From assembly GCA_964013405.1 (NCBI GenBank), contig CAXGWI010000009.1, forward strand, positions 1 through 51,180: DNA of 51,180 bases, given 5' to 3'. Within the stretch, counting starts at the first letter, position 1; each line of letters begins with the position of its first letter. Below the pieces are notes generated by a model. That model worked only from the letters and a program-made list of their open reading frames with translations, ran no database searches and had not been told where the DNA came from. Shown here one piece after another: positions 9,810-18,942 of this stretch. The position numbers were made by a program, and so were the translations under genes. This DNA is from an uncultured Myxococcales bacterium (lineage in GTDB: Bacteria; Myxococcota; UBA4151).

Positions 9810-10781
9810 TCAGGAAACCCCGAAGCAGAGAAAATCTTCCGGCGGCTTCGCTTCGATCCGTTGCCGCCCACCCTCCGGGGTCGGAAACGACAGTGCAGCC
9901 GCGTGGAGCAGTTGCCGGGGTGCCCCGAAACTAACGATCAGATCATCGCTGAGCCCCTCAGCAACGAAGCGGTCATAATCGTCGTCCGGCGCCGAACCGT
10001 AGATTTTGTCGCCAACGATCGGAAACCCGAGCAGGGAGAGGTGGGCCCGGATCTGGTGCATTCGTCCAGTCTCAGGAAAACAACGAACCAGGGACAAGTT
10101 CTGGTCGATGGCCTGCTCCAAACGAAAGCGAGTCCGGCTTGGGTCCCCGTCTTTCCGGTGCACTTGTTTGATTCGAATCACCCCGGGGGGCACTGCAGGT
10201 CCCAGCGCGAGATCACAATCAACGCCGGCTGCTGGAAAGGCGCCCTCCACCAACGCGAGGTATTCTTTTTCGACCTGGCGCTTGGCAAAGGCCTGCCCCA
10301 AACGACGATCTGCAGCAGGGCCTAAGGCAACCAAGAGGATGCCACTGGTCTCCCGATCCAAGCGATGAACCAAGCGAGCATCTGGAAATCGCTCCGGTTG
10401 CTGATTCATCCAAGCGGTGACCGTGTGATGAAAATAGCGAGCACTTGGATGGACGGTTAGATCGCCGGGCTTATCCAGTGCGATCCAATCATCGCCGCGG
10501 GCCAATACCTTTGGCCAGGCTGCAACCTTCGGTTCCGGCGGCGGAATTCGCCAAAGACGAATCTGGTCACCTTCGGCGACACGACTGGAAACCTTCATTA
10601 CCTCTTCCCCGCGATCGACCTCACCCCTGCGGATTAAGGTCTGGACTCGGTTGCGACTGAGTCGCTGAATTCGAGCGCAGAGAAACTGGTCGAGCCGCAG
10701 TCCCGCCTCATTGCCGTCGACGATAAAGGTCCGGGTGATCGCACCGGGATCACCGCGAGCAGAGGACACCCGCTCCTTCAA
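9810..10781 (-). CDS. RluA/RluD-family pseudouridine synthase with S4 domain
   Basis: RLDQFL...SRNRVQ S4 domain, DKPGDLTVHP, HRLDRETSG, TGRMHQIRAHL, GDKIYG and LLHA. Confidence 0.93.
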   Translation of the reverse strand: MKERVSSARGDPGAITRTFIVDGNEAGLRLDQFLCARIQRLSRNRVQTLIRRGEVDRGEEVMKVSSRVAEGDQIRLWRIPPPEPKVAAWPKVLARGDDWIALDKPGDLTVHPSARYFHHTVTAWMNQQPERFPDARLVHRLDRETSGILLVALGPAADRRLGQAFAKRQVEKEYLALVEGAFPAAGVDCDLALGPAVPPGVIRIKQVHRKDGDPSRTRFRLEQAIDQNLSLVRCFPETGRMHQIRAHLSLLGFPIVGDKIYGSAPDDDYDRFVAEGLSDDLIVSFGAPRQLLHAAALSFPTPEGGRQRIEAKPPEDFLCFGVS

Positions 10782-11797
10782 GCCTCAATCCCCAGACGCA
10801 TGTTCACCAGGGGGACGGTGACGGGGTCGCTCCGAAACTCCAAATCATTCCGGTAGCCGGCACCATCACCGCCAATCTGAAAGGGAAGAGGCTCCTGGCA
10901 TTCAATCCGAATCCGCTTGCAGAGGAAGTCGAAGAGTTGCGTCGGGTTGCGGTAGGTACCCCGCCAAATCGTCCCCAGGTTCCCAAGGATTGTGCCGACT
11001 CCCATGGAGGCGACGCGCAGGTGAAAGGTCCCCCGATGCATACCGGCAAAGGGGAACATTTTGATCGCGTAGCCGTAATAGGGCACTGCGCCGACGCAGG
11101 CGGATGTCGCAATCCCCTCGAACAAAACGGTACCTGGAGGCTGTTCGGTCAAATGGTCTGCCCGAGAGGGGTCGCTGTACCACGATGTATCCAGCGAGGT
11201 GATCCGCATCGGCGTCCGAATGCCCTGCCCAGTAACGTGCCGAGGGATGGTCCGTAGCCCGAGCGCTGCGAAGTAACCGCCGACGCTATGGAGCATCGGC
11301 CTCAAAACCGGGTGGGTTACTCGGCGCTTGAACCAAATGTAGTCGTTGAGCAACTCCCCGTCGTAGCCAAAGCCGGCAAAAGGGAACCTTCGGCCCTCCG
11401 ACTCGATCAGCGACAGGGGGATCGGCGCGCCCACCCGCCCATCCCGCAGGCGGATGAGATCACGGGTGGGACGAGATGAGCCTAGAAAACTCGCGACAGC
11501 ATTACCGGTCCCGAGGCGAAGAATCCCCACCCGGGGCATTTCTGCCGGTCGCCCCTCAGCATGGCGGCGACCCACCACTTCAACGAGGTCGTTGACCACC
11601 TGGACGAAGGTCCCATCCCCCCCACCGCTCATGATCCGCTGATAGCCGTTGTCAACGAGGTCCTCGATGATCGCCTGACCCTCTTGCATCGTGCGGGAAA
11701 CACGAAGGTCCTGATGGGGTACAAGCTCCTGAAAGTTCTGAATGAGACCCGGTGTTACCCGTTTCGCATTGCCATTGAGTAAGACCGCCGTCTTCAT
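10778..11797 (-). CDS. Diacylglycerol/lipid kinase family protein
   Basis: LLNGNA, GGGDGT, LRLGTGNA, FAGFGYDG and FQIGGD motifs. Confidence 0.88.
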   Translation of the reverse strand: MKTAVLLNGNAKRVTPGLIQNFQELVPHQDLRVSRTMQEGQAIIEDLVDNGYQRIMSGGGDGTFVQVVNDLVEVVGRRHAEGRPAEMPRVGILRLGTGNAVASFLGSSRPTRDLIRLRDGRVGAPIPLSLIESEGRRFPFAGFGYDGELLNDYIWFKRRVTHPVLRPMLHSVGGYFAALGLRTIPRHVTGQGIRTPMRITSLDTSWYSDPSRADHLTEQPPGTVLFEGIATSACVGAVPYYGYAIKMFPFAGMHRGTFHLRVASMGVGTILGNLGTIWRGTYRNPTQLFDFLCKRIRIECQEPLPFQIGGDGAGYRNDLEFRSDPVTVPLVNMRLGIEA

Positions 11798-12447
11798 CGG
11801 CTGTCCGCCCCCAGGCCCGCGTCGAGCCCTCTGGCCGGCCCTGCATCTCGTTTTGGTCGCCCGATATCGGGTGGTAACGAGCTATCAAGAGGAACGACGC
11901 CTGCATCCTGAACGGTGGAAGCAAACTCCACCCCAATCTCGGGCTGACCGCCATTTTCGAGGGCGAGGCAGGCCATCAAATGAAGCTTCGATTGCACCGG
12001 GTCTCCTCCACAGGTCACGACCGTGCCGCGCCGCCCCTCACCGGTTCGATCTTGCACAATCCTAAGCTGACGATCCAGCGACAGCCCTACTTGAGCTCGG
12101 GCAACGGCCTTGAGTCGCTTCTCCAGTTCACTGTGGCTGAAGGGCTGGCCCAGGCTCTGCGAGAGGGCGTTGAGGTCCTGAGTTCCAGTCAGCGGGCGTT
12201 GCACGCGAACCAACCAAAGCCCCGGCCCGAGAGGCTTGACCTTTAACGGTCGCAGGCGATCGCCCGGCGATGGTTCGAGGAGGGCTGGCTGACTGGCGGC
12301 TGCAGCAAGACCGATACGGCCCACGAGGGCCACGACGGGTGCGACCACTTCAGCGGTGCCCCCATCGGCCTGAGGTGGCGCCTGCCAAAGCCGGGCAAGA
12401 CCCGACTCGCAGGCACAGAGCAACAGCATCGGAAAGAGCCGGATCAC
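11794..12447 (-). CDS. Hypothetical lipoprotein
   Basis: Lipobox-like MIRLFPMLLLCAC; 4-nt overlaps with both neighbours. Confidence 0.6.
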   Translation of the reverse strand: MIRLFPMLLLCACESGLARLWQAPPQADGGTAEVVAPVVALVGRIGLAAAASQPALLEPSPGDRLRPLKVKPLGPGLWLVRVQRPLTGTQDLNALSQSLGQPFSHSELEKRLKAVARAQVGLSLDRQLRIVQDRTGEGRRGTVVTCGGDPVQSKLHLMACLALENGGQPEIGVEFASTVQDAGVVPLDSSLPPDIGRPKRDAGPARGLDAGLGADSR

Positions 12448-12686
12448 AGCTTAGCGTAGAGTCCACGCAGTTGGCTCAGGACTTGAACGATTTGCTGCCG
12501 CTCGGTCGCGTCAACCTGGGGCCCAAGGGAAGCTTCTAGCTTGCCGATCAATCCAATCAACCATTGGGCCCGATCCCGGTCGACCGGCAACTCCTCACCA
12601 GGGATGGGTGATCGCCCCATCGCAGCAAGGGCGAGGGCAGCGATGAATTCAGCGAGATCGGAAAGCGATGGTTCCGGGGCGGTCAA
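12444..12686 (-). CDS. Small hypothetical protein, DUF1844-like
   Basis: FIAALALAAMG..P.PG....VD.D.A...I.L...L...LSQLR..Y resembles DUF1844; coupled overlaps. Confidence 0.55.
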   Translation of the reverse strand: MTAPEPSLSDLAEFIAALALAAMGRSPIPGEELPVDRDRAQWLIGLIGKLEASLGPQVDATERQQIVQVLSQLRGLYAKL

Positions 12687-12850
12687 GCGCCTGGAACCTC
12701 ATCACCCAGCTCGATCGCTTCGGCTTCCTCACTGAGATCAGGCAGGTCAGCGAGGTGGCTCTCGAGCCCCTTGCGGCTAAGACTACCGTTCTCCAGATTG
12801 CGAGTGATCAGGCGCTTGTCGAAGGTGGTATCGATGACATCCTTGGGCAT
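12683..12850 (-). CDS. Small hypothetical protein (55 aa)
   Basis: MPKDVIDTTFDKRLITRNLENGSLSRKGLESHLADLPDL; GGAGG RBS at 12858-12862; stop overlaps the next TTG. Confidence 0.7.
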   Translation of the reverse strand: MPKDVIDTTFDKRLITRNLENGSLSRKGLESHLADLPDLSEEAEAIELGDEVPGA

Positions 12851-12934
12851 GTTGTGCCCTCCTTTAGCGGGGCGCACCCAATTGCCCCGAATCGCCCCGC
12901 TGTCAACGCCTATGCGCTCCTATTCAATTATTTG

Positions 12935-12963
12935 CTTGACTAGTTGAATGGCTATCCTATCTT
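12935..12963 (+). promoter_or_regulatory. Putative rpoH promoter (TTGACT-N16-TATCTT; also CTTG-N17-CCTATCT)
   Basis: AT-rich divergent intergenic region about 20 bp upstream of the rpoH ATG, with an AGGAG RBS. Confidence 0.5.
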
Positions 12964-12980
12964 GTCGTCTAGGAGATAAG

Positions 12981-13844
12981 ATGAGTCAGAACGCACTCCT
13001 ACAGCATAATCCGCTCGACCAGTACATGGGCCAGGTCAAAAGCATTCCGCTGCTGAGTCGAGAAGAGGAAGAAGAGGCTGCTCGGGCCTTCGTCGAGACG
13101 GGCGACCCCCGCCAAGCGGAGCGTCTGGTCCTCGCCAATCTTCGCTTCGTCGTTCGGATCGCCCACGAGTACCGGGGTTATGGCATGCGCCTGCTCGACC
13201 TGATCCAAGAAGGCAATATGGGCCTCATGAATGCGGTCCAAAAGTTCGACCCGGATCGGGGCTACCGCCTGATCTCCTACGCCGTTTGGTGGATTCGAGC
13301 CTACATACAGGACTACGTGATGCGGAGTTATTCCCTCGTCAAGATGGGGACAACCCAAGCCCAGCGAAAACTCTTCTTCAGTGGACGCAAGGTCAAGCGG
13401 CAGTTGGAGCAGCGTGGTGAAGATGCCAGTCGCGAAGCCATTGCCGAAGCCATGGGCCTGAAAGTCTCGGAAGTGGACCAAATGGAAGTCCGAATGGCCC
13501 GGCGTGACTACAGTCTCGATGCCCCGATATCCGCCGAGGACGACGGCGGCCGACTGATCGATGTGCTGCCGGCCGAACAAGAGGACCCTGAGTCGATCGT
13601 GACCGACCGACTCCTCCAGGAAGCGCGGGTGTCCGCAGTGGGGGAAGCCTTAGAGGTCCTCGACGAGCGGGAGCGGCGAATCATCGGTGCCCGCGATCTT
13701 GCCGAAGAGCCCATGACCCTGGCGGAACTCGGTGAGGAACTCGGCGTTTCTCGAGAGCGGGCCCGTCAGTTGGAAGCCCGAGGCCGGCAAAAGATCAGGG
13801 GGCTGCTGGAGCAACAGGGGGCACAGATTCTGGCTCCGGACTAG
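12981..13844 (+). CDS. rpoH: RNA polymerase sigma factor, RpoH/sigma-32 family
   Basis: LVLANLRFVV, DLIQEGNMGLM, RLISYAVWWIRAYI, RpoH box TTQAQRKLFF and region 4 LGVSRERARQLE; AGGAG RBS before ATG 12981. Confidence 0.93.
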   Translation: MSQNALLQHNPLDQYMGQVKSIPLLSREEEEEAARAFVETGDPRQAERLVLANLRFVVRIAHEYRGYGMRLLDLIQEGNMGLMNAVQKFDPDRGYRLISYAVWWIRAYIQDYVMRSYSLVKMGTTQAQRKLFFSGRKVKRQLEQRGEDASREAIAEAMGLKVSEVDQMEVRMARRDYSLDAPISAEDDGGRLIDVLPAEQEDPESIVTDRLLQEARVSAVGEALEVLDERERRIIGARDLAEEPMTLAELGEELGVSRERARQLEARGRQKIRGLLEQQGAQILAPD

Positions 13845-15042
13845 CCGCCGCTAGAAAACGCAGTTCGCCAAAACGATCCAGTTGATGAAAGTCACCACTG
13901 AGTGGTGCACTCCAGGCCGTTGCATCGGTCCGCAGCACCCGCCCCTCTCGGCTCCGGATCCGGTCTAAGCGAAAGAGGTTCGCCTTCCATCGGTCGCCAG
14001 CCTTGGGGGAAGCCTCAAGGCCCGCGAAAGGGATGCGCCACTCTGCGGTCCAGGCCACATCCTGATCCCCGACCTCATTCAAGGTCCCCTCCACATGCAC
14101 CTTGGCCTCATAATTATGGTTCCAAGCCTTGTTCATTCCCTGGCGAGCCCCCCCCTTAAAGGCCGCATCAAATTGGACACCAGTGGGGGCAACCTGCAGC
14201 TCGACGTAGGCATCTCGATCCCCATCCGGGTCGAGGAAAATCTCCACTGCCTCGCTCTCGTAAATTGGATCATCTCGGTCGGTATAAGGGCTGTGAATAT
14301 CTGGGTCTGGGCAATGGAACCCGAGGTAGAGGGCCTCGTCATCCCACAGCAGTCTCGCTGTGGTCTTATATCGGCCGTGCCCATCACCATCGTACTGGTG
14401 AAAGGGGCCAAGCACGGTCGCTTCTTGCCAAGCGGCATCGTCTAACTTCCCATCGAGCACCAAGGGGCCCGTAAGGCGTTTGACGGAAGCCGTCGGGAGC
14501 GGCTCAACGTCACCGGTCACCGTCAGTACGGCCCAGAGGGCCCGGCCGCGGCCATCCAGCGTACCTTCACTGGGCCGAAGCCGTTCATCGCCCCGATACA
14601 AACCACCCCATAACTCGTACGATCCTGGCGGTGTTTGCTTGGGAACCCGGAGTTGCCGCTTTTCAAAGATGAGATCTCCCACCTTCCAATCACGACTCGG
14701 GTATCGTCCAGCGAGGGGATCATGATCATCGCTGAAACGGTGGGCTGCGGTTCGGTTTCGACTACCGTGCAAAAAGATCTTCCAGTCCTTGCCTGGCTCC
14801 CGCCGCACGAACCAGCCGAGCTTTAACGTGACCTCCCGCCCCGGATCGACCGTACGGGCGGATAAGGAGGCTTCAGTCAGACAAACCGCACCGTCATAGC
14901 AGGCTTTAAACCGCCCAGGAGCGTCACCCGGTTCGATGGCTTCGAACGTGACCTTTCCCTGGGCCAAACGCACCTCGCGGGTGACCTGCGGCGCTTGGCA
15001 GCCCGCGAGGACGACAGCGAGACCGAGGAGCCTTAGAGGCAA
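13795..15042 (-). CDS. Carbohydrate-binding family 9 (DOMON-like) lipoprotein with N-terminal Ig-like domain
   Basis: Lipobox VLAGC; LDGKLDDAAW, TTARLLWDDEALYLGF, EAVEIFLDP, WTAEWRIPF, WKANLFR and DFHQLDRFG. Start approximate (TTG 15042; ORF open to 15072). Confidence 0.8.
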   Translation of the reverse strand: MPLRLLGLAVVLAGCQAPQVTREVRLAQGKVTFEAIEPGDAPGRFKACYDGAVCLTEASLSARTVDPGREVTLKLGWFVRREPGKDWKIFLHGSRNRTAAHRFSDDHDPLAGRYPSRDWKVGDLIFEKRQLRVPKQTPPGSYELWGGLYRGDERLRPSEGTLDGRGRALWAVLTVTGDVEPLPTASVKRLTGPLVLDGKLDDAAWQEATVLGPFHQYDGDGHGRYKTTARLLWDDEALYLGFHCPDPDIHSPYTDRDDPIYESEAVEIFLDPDGDRDAYVELQVAPTGVQFDAAFKGGARQGMNKAWNHNYEAKVHVEGTLNEVGDQDVAWTAEWRIPFAGLEASPKAGDRWKANLFRLDRIRSREGRVLRTDATAWSAPLSGDFHQLDRFGELRFLAAASPEPESVPPVAPAAP

Positions 15043-16607
15043 ACCTGCTGCTGCATGCCGATCGCCATGCAACGGGTGCCCTCCTCGCAGTCTTCGTCAT
15101 TCTCACAACGGGGACGACACCGCGCCTCGTAGCAGGCCTGCTCGTCTGGACAGCTCTGGTTCTCACCACAGGCATCGGGGAACGGCTCGGGTTCGGGCTC
15201 GGGTTCGCCACCGCCCTCGTCACGGCACTGACCTTCAACACAGGCCTGGCCTCGGCCACAGTCTCGGTCCGATCGACACTCAGCTTCATCCTCGGCCTCT
15301 CGACATTGACCTTCAACGCATTCCTCACCTCGTTCACAGTCACGATCTGAGCGACAACGACCTCCGTCATCGGCTTCTCGACATTGGCCGTCATCGCAGA
15401 CCTGACCCCGCTGGCAGTCTTGATTAGACCGGCAACGATCTTCGCCACCGTCATCGGCTTCCCGACAGAATCCCCGTTCGCAGGTCAGGCCTTCACCGCA
15501 CATATCGGCGTTCCAGCAGCGATCACCGGCCCGAGTGGGTCGACACTCCATTCGGTCGCAGACTTCCCCGCTCCGACAATCCAGCATGGTGCGACAGAAG
15601 TTCTCGGGAACGCATTCTCTGCCCTCCCGATCGCAGCGCTGCCCCTCATCGCAGTCCCGGTCGGAGAAACACATTCCCTCCGTCTTCGGCTCACAACGTC
15701 TGGAGTTTCGGTCGCAAAGTTCGTCGCCAGCGCAGTCACGGTCGGTGTCACAGCCATCCCGGTCATCGGGAACGCAGCGGTTTGTGGCATCATCGCAAAC
15801 ACCCCCCCGGTCCCGACACTGGAAGTCGTCCATGCAGGGGAAACTGACACAGCGACGGGTCTCCCGGTTCACCTGCTGACAGCGTTCGTCGATGCCACAC
15901 TCGTCATCACCGGTGCAGGTCTCGCCGATTTGGGGTCGGCAGGTGTGGAGAATGGGGTCACAGGTGAGCCCTAACTCGCAATCCTCATCCCCATCGCAGG
16001 CCTCTGCGCGGGCGTCCATACAACGCCCCTCAATGCACTGTTGCCCCCGGCGGCAGCCATCATCACCTCGGCACTGATCCGGATCCGGATCAACGCAGCG
16101 GCGGAAGTCCTCGTGGCAGACCATATTGTCAGGGCAGCCTTCCTCGACGCAATCGTCGGGGTCGACGGGGCGGCAACGGCCGTGGATGCATTCTTCCTCA
16201 TCGCCGCATCCGCGATCCGGCGTACATTCTCCAGGTCGACACTGCTGTTCATCGCAGATCATGTCATCTTGACAGTCAGAGTCCTCGCCGCAGAGGTCAT
16301 TCTCCTCAACGGGAGGCTCACAGCGACCGGCCAGGCAACGAAGCGCTGGATCACAATCTTCATCATCACGACAGTCTGGATCGGGATTAGCCTCCCCAGC
16401 CACACAAATGTTCTTCACAGGGTCGCAGACGTTACCGTCGGCACAGTCCTCATCCTCCCCACAGCTCTGAAAACCTCCACCACCTTTGTTGTCGTCGCCA
16501 GGACCCACGGCGTCACCACCGCCCAAGCCTGGGCTGGAAGGAGGTGCAACGCAGGCAGAAAGAACAGCAAGGCCAAGAAGGCTCCCTCGGAAACTGAGGC
16601 TCAACAT
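15033..16607 (-). CDS. Cys-rich repeat lipoprotein (18 four-Cys C-x5-C-x5-C-x4/9-C modules; Dickkopf-N/EB-module-like)
   Basis: Lipobox VLSAC; modules counted by hand; GGAGG RBS at 16613-16617 before ATG 16607. Confidence 0.88.
   Translation of the reverse strand: MLSLSFRGSLLGLAVLSACVAPPSSPGLGGGDAVGPGDDNKGGGGFQSCGEDEDCADGNVCDPVKNICVAGEANPDPDCRDDEDCDPALRCLAGRCEPPVEENDLCGEDSDCQDDMICDEQQCRPGECTPDRGCGDEEECIHGRCRPVDPDDCVEEGCPDNMVCHEDFRRCVDPDPDQCRGDDGCRRGQQCIEGRCMDARAEACDGDEDCELGLTCDPILHTCRPQIGETCTGDDECGIDERCQQVNRETRRCVSFPCMDDFQCRDRGGVCDDATNRCVPDDRDGCDTDRDCAGDELCDRNSRRCEPKTEGMCFSDRDCDEGQRCDREGRECVPENFCRTMLDCRSGEVCDRMECRPTRAGDRCWNADMCGEGLTCERGFCREADDGGEDRCRSNQDCQRGQVCDDGQCREADDGGRCRSDRDCERGEECVEGQCREAEDEAECRSDRDCGRGQACVEGQCRDEGGGEPEPEPEPFPDACGENQSCPDEQACYEARCRPRCENDEDCEEGTRCMAIGMQQQVCL
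15222..15467 (-). repeat. About three 78-bp intragenic repeats (CRSDRDC.RG..CVEGQCRE 26-aa unit)
   Basis: DNA similarity at 15223, 15301 and 15379 (78-bp period); CCGTCATCGGCTTC recurs at 15364 and 15448. Confidence 0.75.
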
Positions 16608-16738
16608 TCGATCCTCCGTAATGATGTGGATCGTGCCCACAGGCTAGCCTGTCCAGCGATGGGATGCCAGTCCTCTCCTCGGCTCAAACGACCCGCTCGT
16701 TGCCCCGGGAAACTCCGCGCCTCGGCAGAGGCAGCACG

Positions 16739-18235
16739 TCATTGCTCTTGGGGTAGGCAGACTCGATGACCTTCGTGGAGGTCGCACCGTGTGGGACCAT
16801 TGCAATCATCGTCTTGATTGCACAGGAGCATACAGCGTTCGATGCCCCGGTAGGTCAGGCAACGCTGACCAGCGTCACAATCTAAATCTCGCTCACAAAC
16901 TTCGCCGATCCCAGCGTTGCCCTCGTTGACGCAAACTTGGTTGTCCGTATCGCAGTACATATCGTCCGGACAGTCACCATCCCCTTCACAACTGTCTGGA
17001 ACCACCTCGTGGAGCAGTCCGCAGACCTGTCGCTCGGGCAGGCAGATCTCGCCTTCGATGGGGCAGTCCTCGTCACGAACACAGGGCGGTCGATCCTCCT
17101 CGGCACAGCGCCCGGATCGCTCATTGCACCGAGCACCAATACGGCAGTCTTGGTCGATCTCGCAGGGGTCGTCGAAACAGATGTGCATCCGACCGGTGCC
17201 GTCGCAGAACTGATGAACGGGGCAGTCATCATCGTCGGCACAGGCCTGACCCACATCGGGCCGACAGGTCCGGGTCACCTCGTCACAGACCTCACCGGCT
17301 AGGCAGGGGCGGACTTCGGAACAGACCCTCGCTCCCGGCGGCCGGCAGCCTCCCTCGATACACTCGAAGCCCCGAGGGCACTGATGGTCACCCTCACAGG
17401 GATAGTTGTCTGGATGGGGCACGCAAGCCGCGACCAAAATGTGACAGACCTCCCGATCAGGGCAGTCCTCGTCCCGACGGCAGGAGCGCATGGCATCGCC
17501 ACCCGGGATACAGAGATCGTCCTGACACATCTGATTCTCGGGGCAACTGTCGGCCGGGCCACAGGGCGAAGGCTCATGAAGGCAGCGCCCCTCAACACAG
17601 CGCCCGCCATCGCCACAGTCGGCCCGCTCGACGCAAGCGCCCCGGTCCTCGAGGCAGCGATTTTCGCTCGGATCGCAAACCGTCCCGGGCGGACAAGCGT
17701 CCTCCCAGCCGCAGGCTCGAGCACCGGAGGGGACGCAGAACCCGCCTTCGATCTCGTTGACGCAGGTGCTCCCCGGCGGACAATCCTGAGGATCATCACA
17801 ATAAGGCATGCAGGTGTTAAAACTCTCGGCGCAGCTCGTCCCTTCAGGGCAGATTCGATCCCCGCCACAACGACTCATGCACGCGTAGTACTGGGGCTCA
17901 CAGTATTCGCCAGCGAGACACTCTTGGTCTTCGCTGCAACCGCCGTATCGAGCGATACAGCGAGCCTGACGACAGATAAGACCCACCTGGCAATCCCGGT
18001 CCGCTTCACAGACAGGCTCACCACCGATGTCCCGTGAAGGTCCAGTATCGGAGGACCAAGGCCTGATATCGGTGGCCGGGCCCGCATCTAGACCTTGGCC
18101 GCCATCACGCCCCGGGCCACTATCGACTGAAGCATCGAGAGGGAGGCCGGTATCCTTAGACTCCCCTGCGTCAGGGACGGGGGTACTACGGGGACAAGCA
18201 GAGAGCAGCATGCCAATGAGTAGGAGGCGGAACAT
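16739..18235 (-). CDS. Cys-rich repeat lipoprotein (16 four-Cys modules), paralogue of the neighbour
   Basis: Lipobox LLSAC, a DAG-rich linker, then C-x2-D-x-D-C modules to the C-terminus. Confidence 0.88.
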   Translation of the reverse strand: MFRLLLIGMLLSACPRSTPVPDAGESKDTGLPLDASVDSGPGRDGGQGLDAGPATDIRPWSSDTGPSRDIGGEPVCEADRDCQVGLICRQARCIARYGGCSEDQECLAGEYCEPQYYACMSRCGGDRICPEGTSCAESFNTCMPYCDDPQDCPPGSTCVNEIEGGFCVPSGARACGWEDACPPGTVCDPSENRCLEDRGACVERADCGDGGRCVEGRCLHEPSPCGPADSCPENQMCQDDLCIPGGDAMRSCRRDEDCPDREVCHILVAACVPHPDNYPCEGDHQCPRGFECIEGGCRPPGARVCSEVRPCLAGEVCDEVTRTCRPDVGQACADDDDCPVHQFCDGTGRMHICFDDPCEIDQDCRIGARCNERSGRCAEEDRPPCVRDEDCPIEGEICLPERQVCGLLHEVVPDSCEGDGDCPDDMYCDTDNQVCVNEGNAGIGEVCERDLDCDAGQRCLTYRGIERCMLLCNQDDDCNGPTRCDLHEGHRVCLPQEQ

Positions 18236-18294
18236 GATGATTGATCCTAGTCTCGTCAGTCTAGCCTCGCAAAGACCAACGCCGCAAGAACGGC

Positions 18295-18942
18295 TCAGAT
18301 CTCAAAGCCCAAGGTCTCAAGCTGGGCGGCGACCGCGGCAACAAAAGCGTCCTCTCCCTCAGCCTCACGCAGATCGTAGGCCGTGGCATCCCAAGTGAGC
18401 ACATCGATGCCATATTTCCTCGCGGCCACCTGCCCAAAGGTGGAGTAGTAGCCTCGCAAGCCCGCAAGGAAGTCCAGAGGCAGCCCTTCCTCTTCCTTCC
18501 GGCCCCGTTCATGAATCCGCTCATGACAAACCGACTCGTCGGCCCGCAGAAAAACAATCAGGTCCGGTTGTCTCACCGACTTGGTGAGGCGCTTGAAGTA
18601 GTCATAGTAGAGATCGAGCTCGGCGTCTGTCATGTGACCCAAGCCGTGGAGATACTTCGCAAAAATCTCCGGATCCTCGATGAGGGTTCTGTCTTGGACC
18701 GAAGCCTTCGGCACACCGTCGATGACTTGATGGTGTTCCACCCGCTTGATCAAAAACTCTAGCTGCAGCGTAAAAGCCCAGCGAGTCATGTCCTGATAAT
18801 AATCGCCCAGGAAGCGGTTATCGAGGACTGGCTCCGCAAAGTACTCCATGCCCAGCCGCCGAGAGAGGATCTTACTCGCGGTCGTCTTGCCCACGCCGAT
18901 GTTGCCTGCGAGGGCTAGGAATGGATGTGATCCCACGGCCAC
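18295..18942 (-). CDS. Deoxynucleoside kinase
   Basis: AGNIGVGKTT, YYQDMTRWAFTLQ, VQDRTLIED, PDLIVFL and RIHERGR. Confidence 0.93.
   Translation of the reverse strand: MAVGSHPFLALAGNIGVGKTTASKILSRRLGMEYFAEPVLDNRFLGDYYQDMTRWAFTLQLEFLIKRVEHHQVIDGVPKASVQDRTLIEDPEIFAKYLHGLGHMTDAELDLYYDYFKRLTKSVRQPDLIVFLRADESVCHERIHERGRKEEEGLPLDFLAGLRGYYSTFGQVAARKYGIDVLTWDATAYDLREAEGEDAFVAAVAAQLETLGFEI

Noticed and set aside
13795..13844. 50-bp convergent 3' overlap of rpoH and the CBM9-like gene
   Set aside because: Both tails are low-complexity extensions; common in compact GC-rich genomes.
15033..18235. Cys-rich proteins as RiPP precursors, multiheme cytochromes or ferredoxins
   Set aside because: No modifying enzymes nearby, no CxxCH or CxxCxxC motifs; the lipobox implies disulfide-bonded exported proteins.
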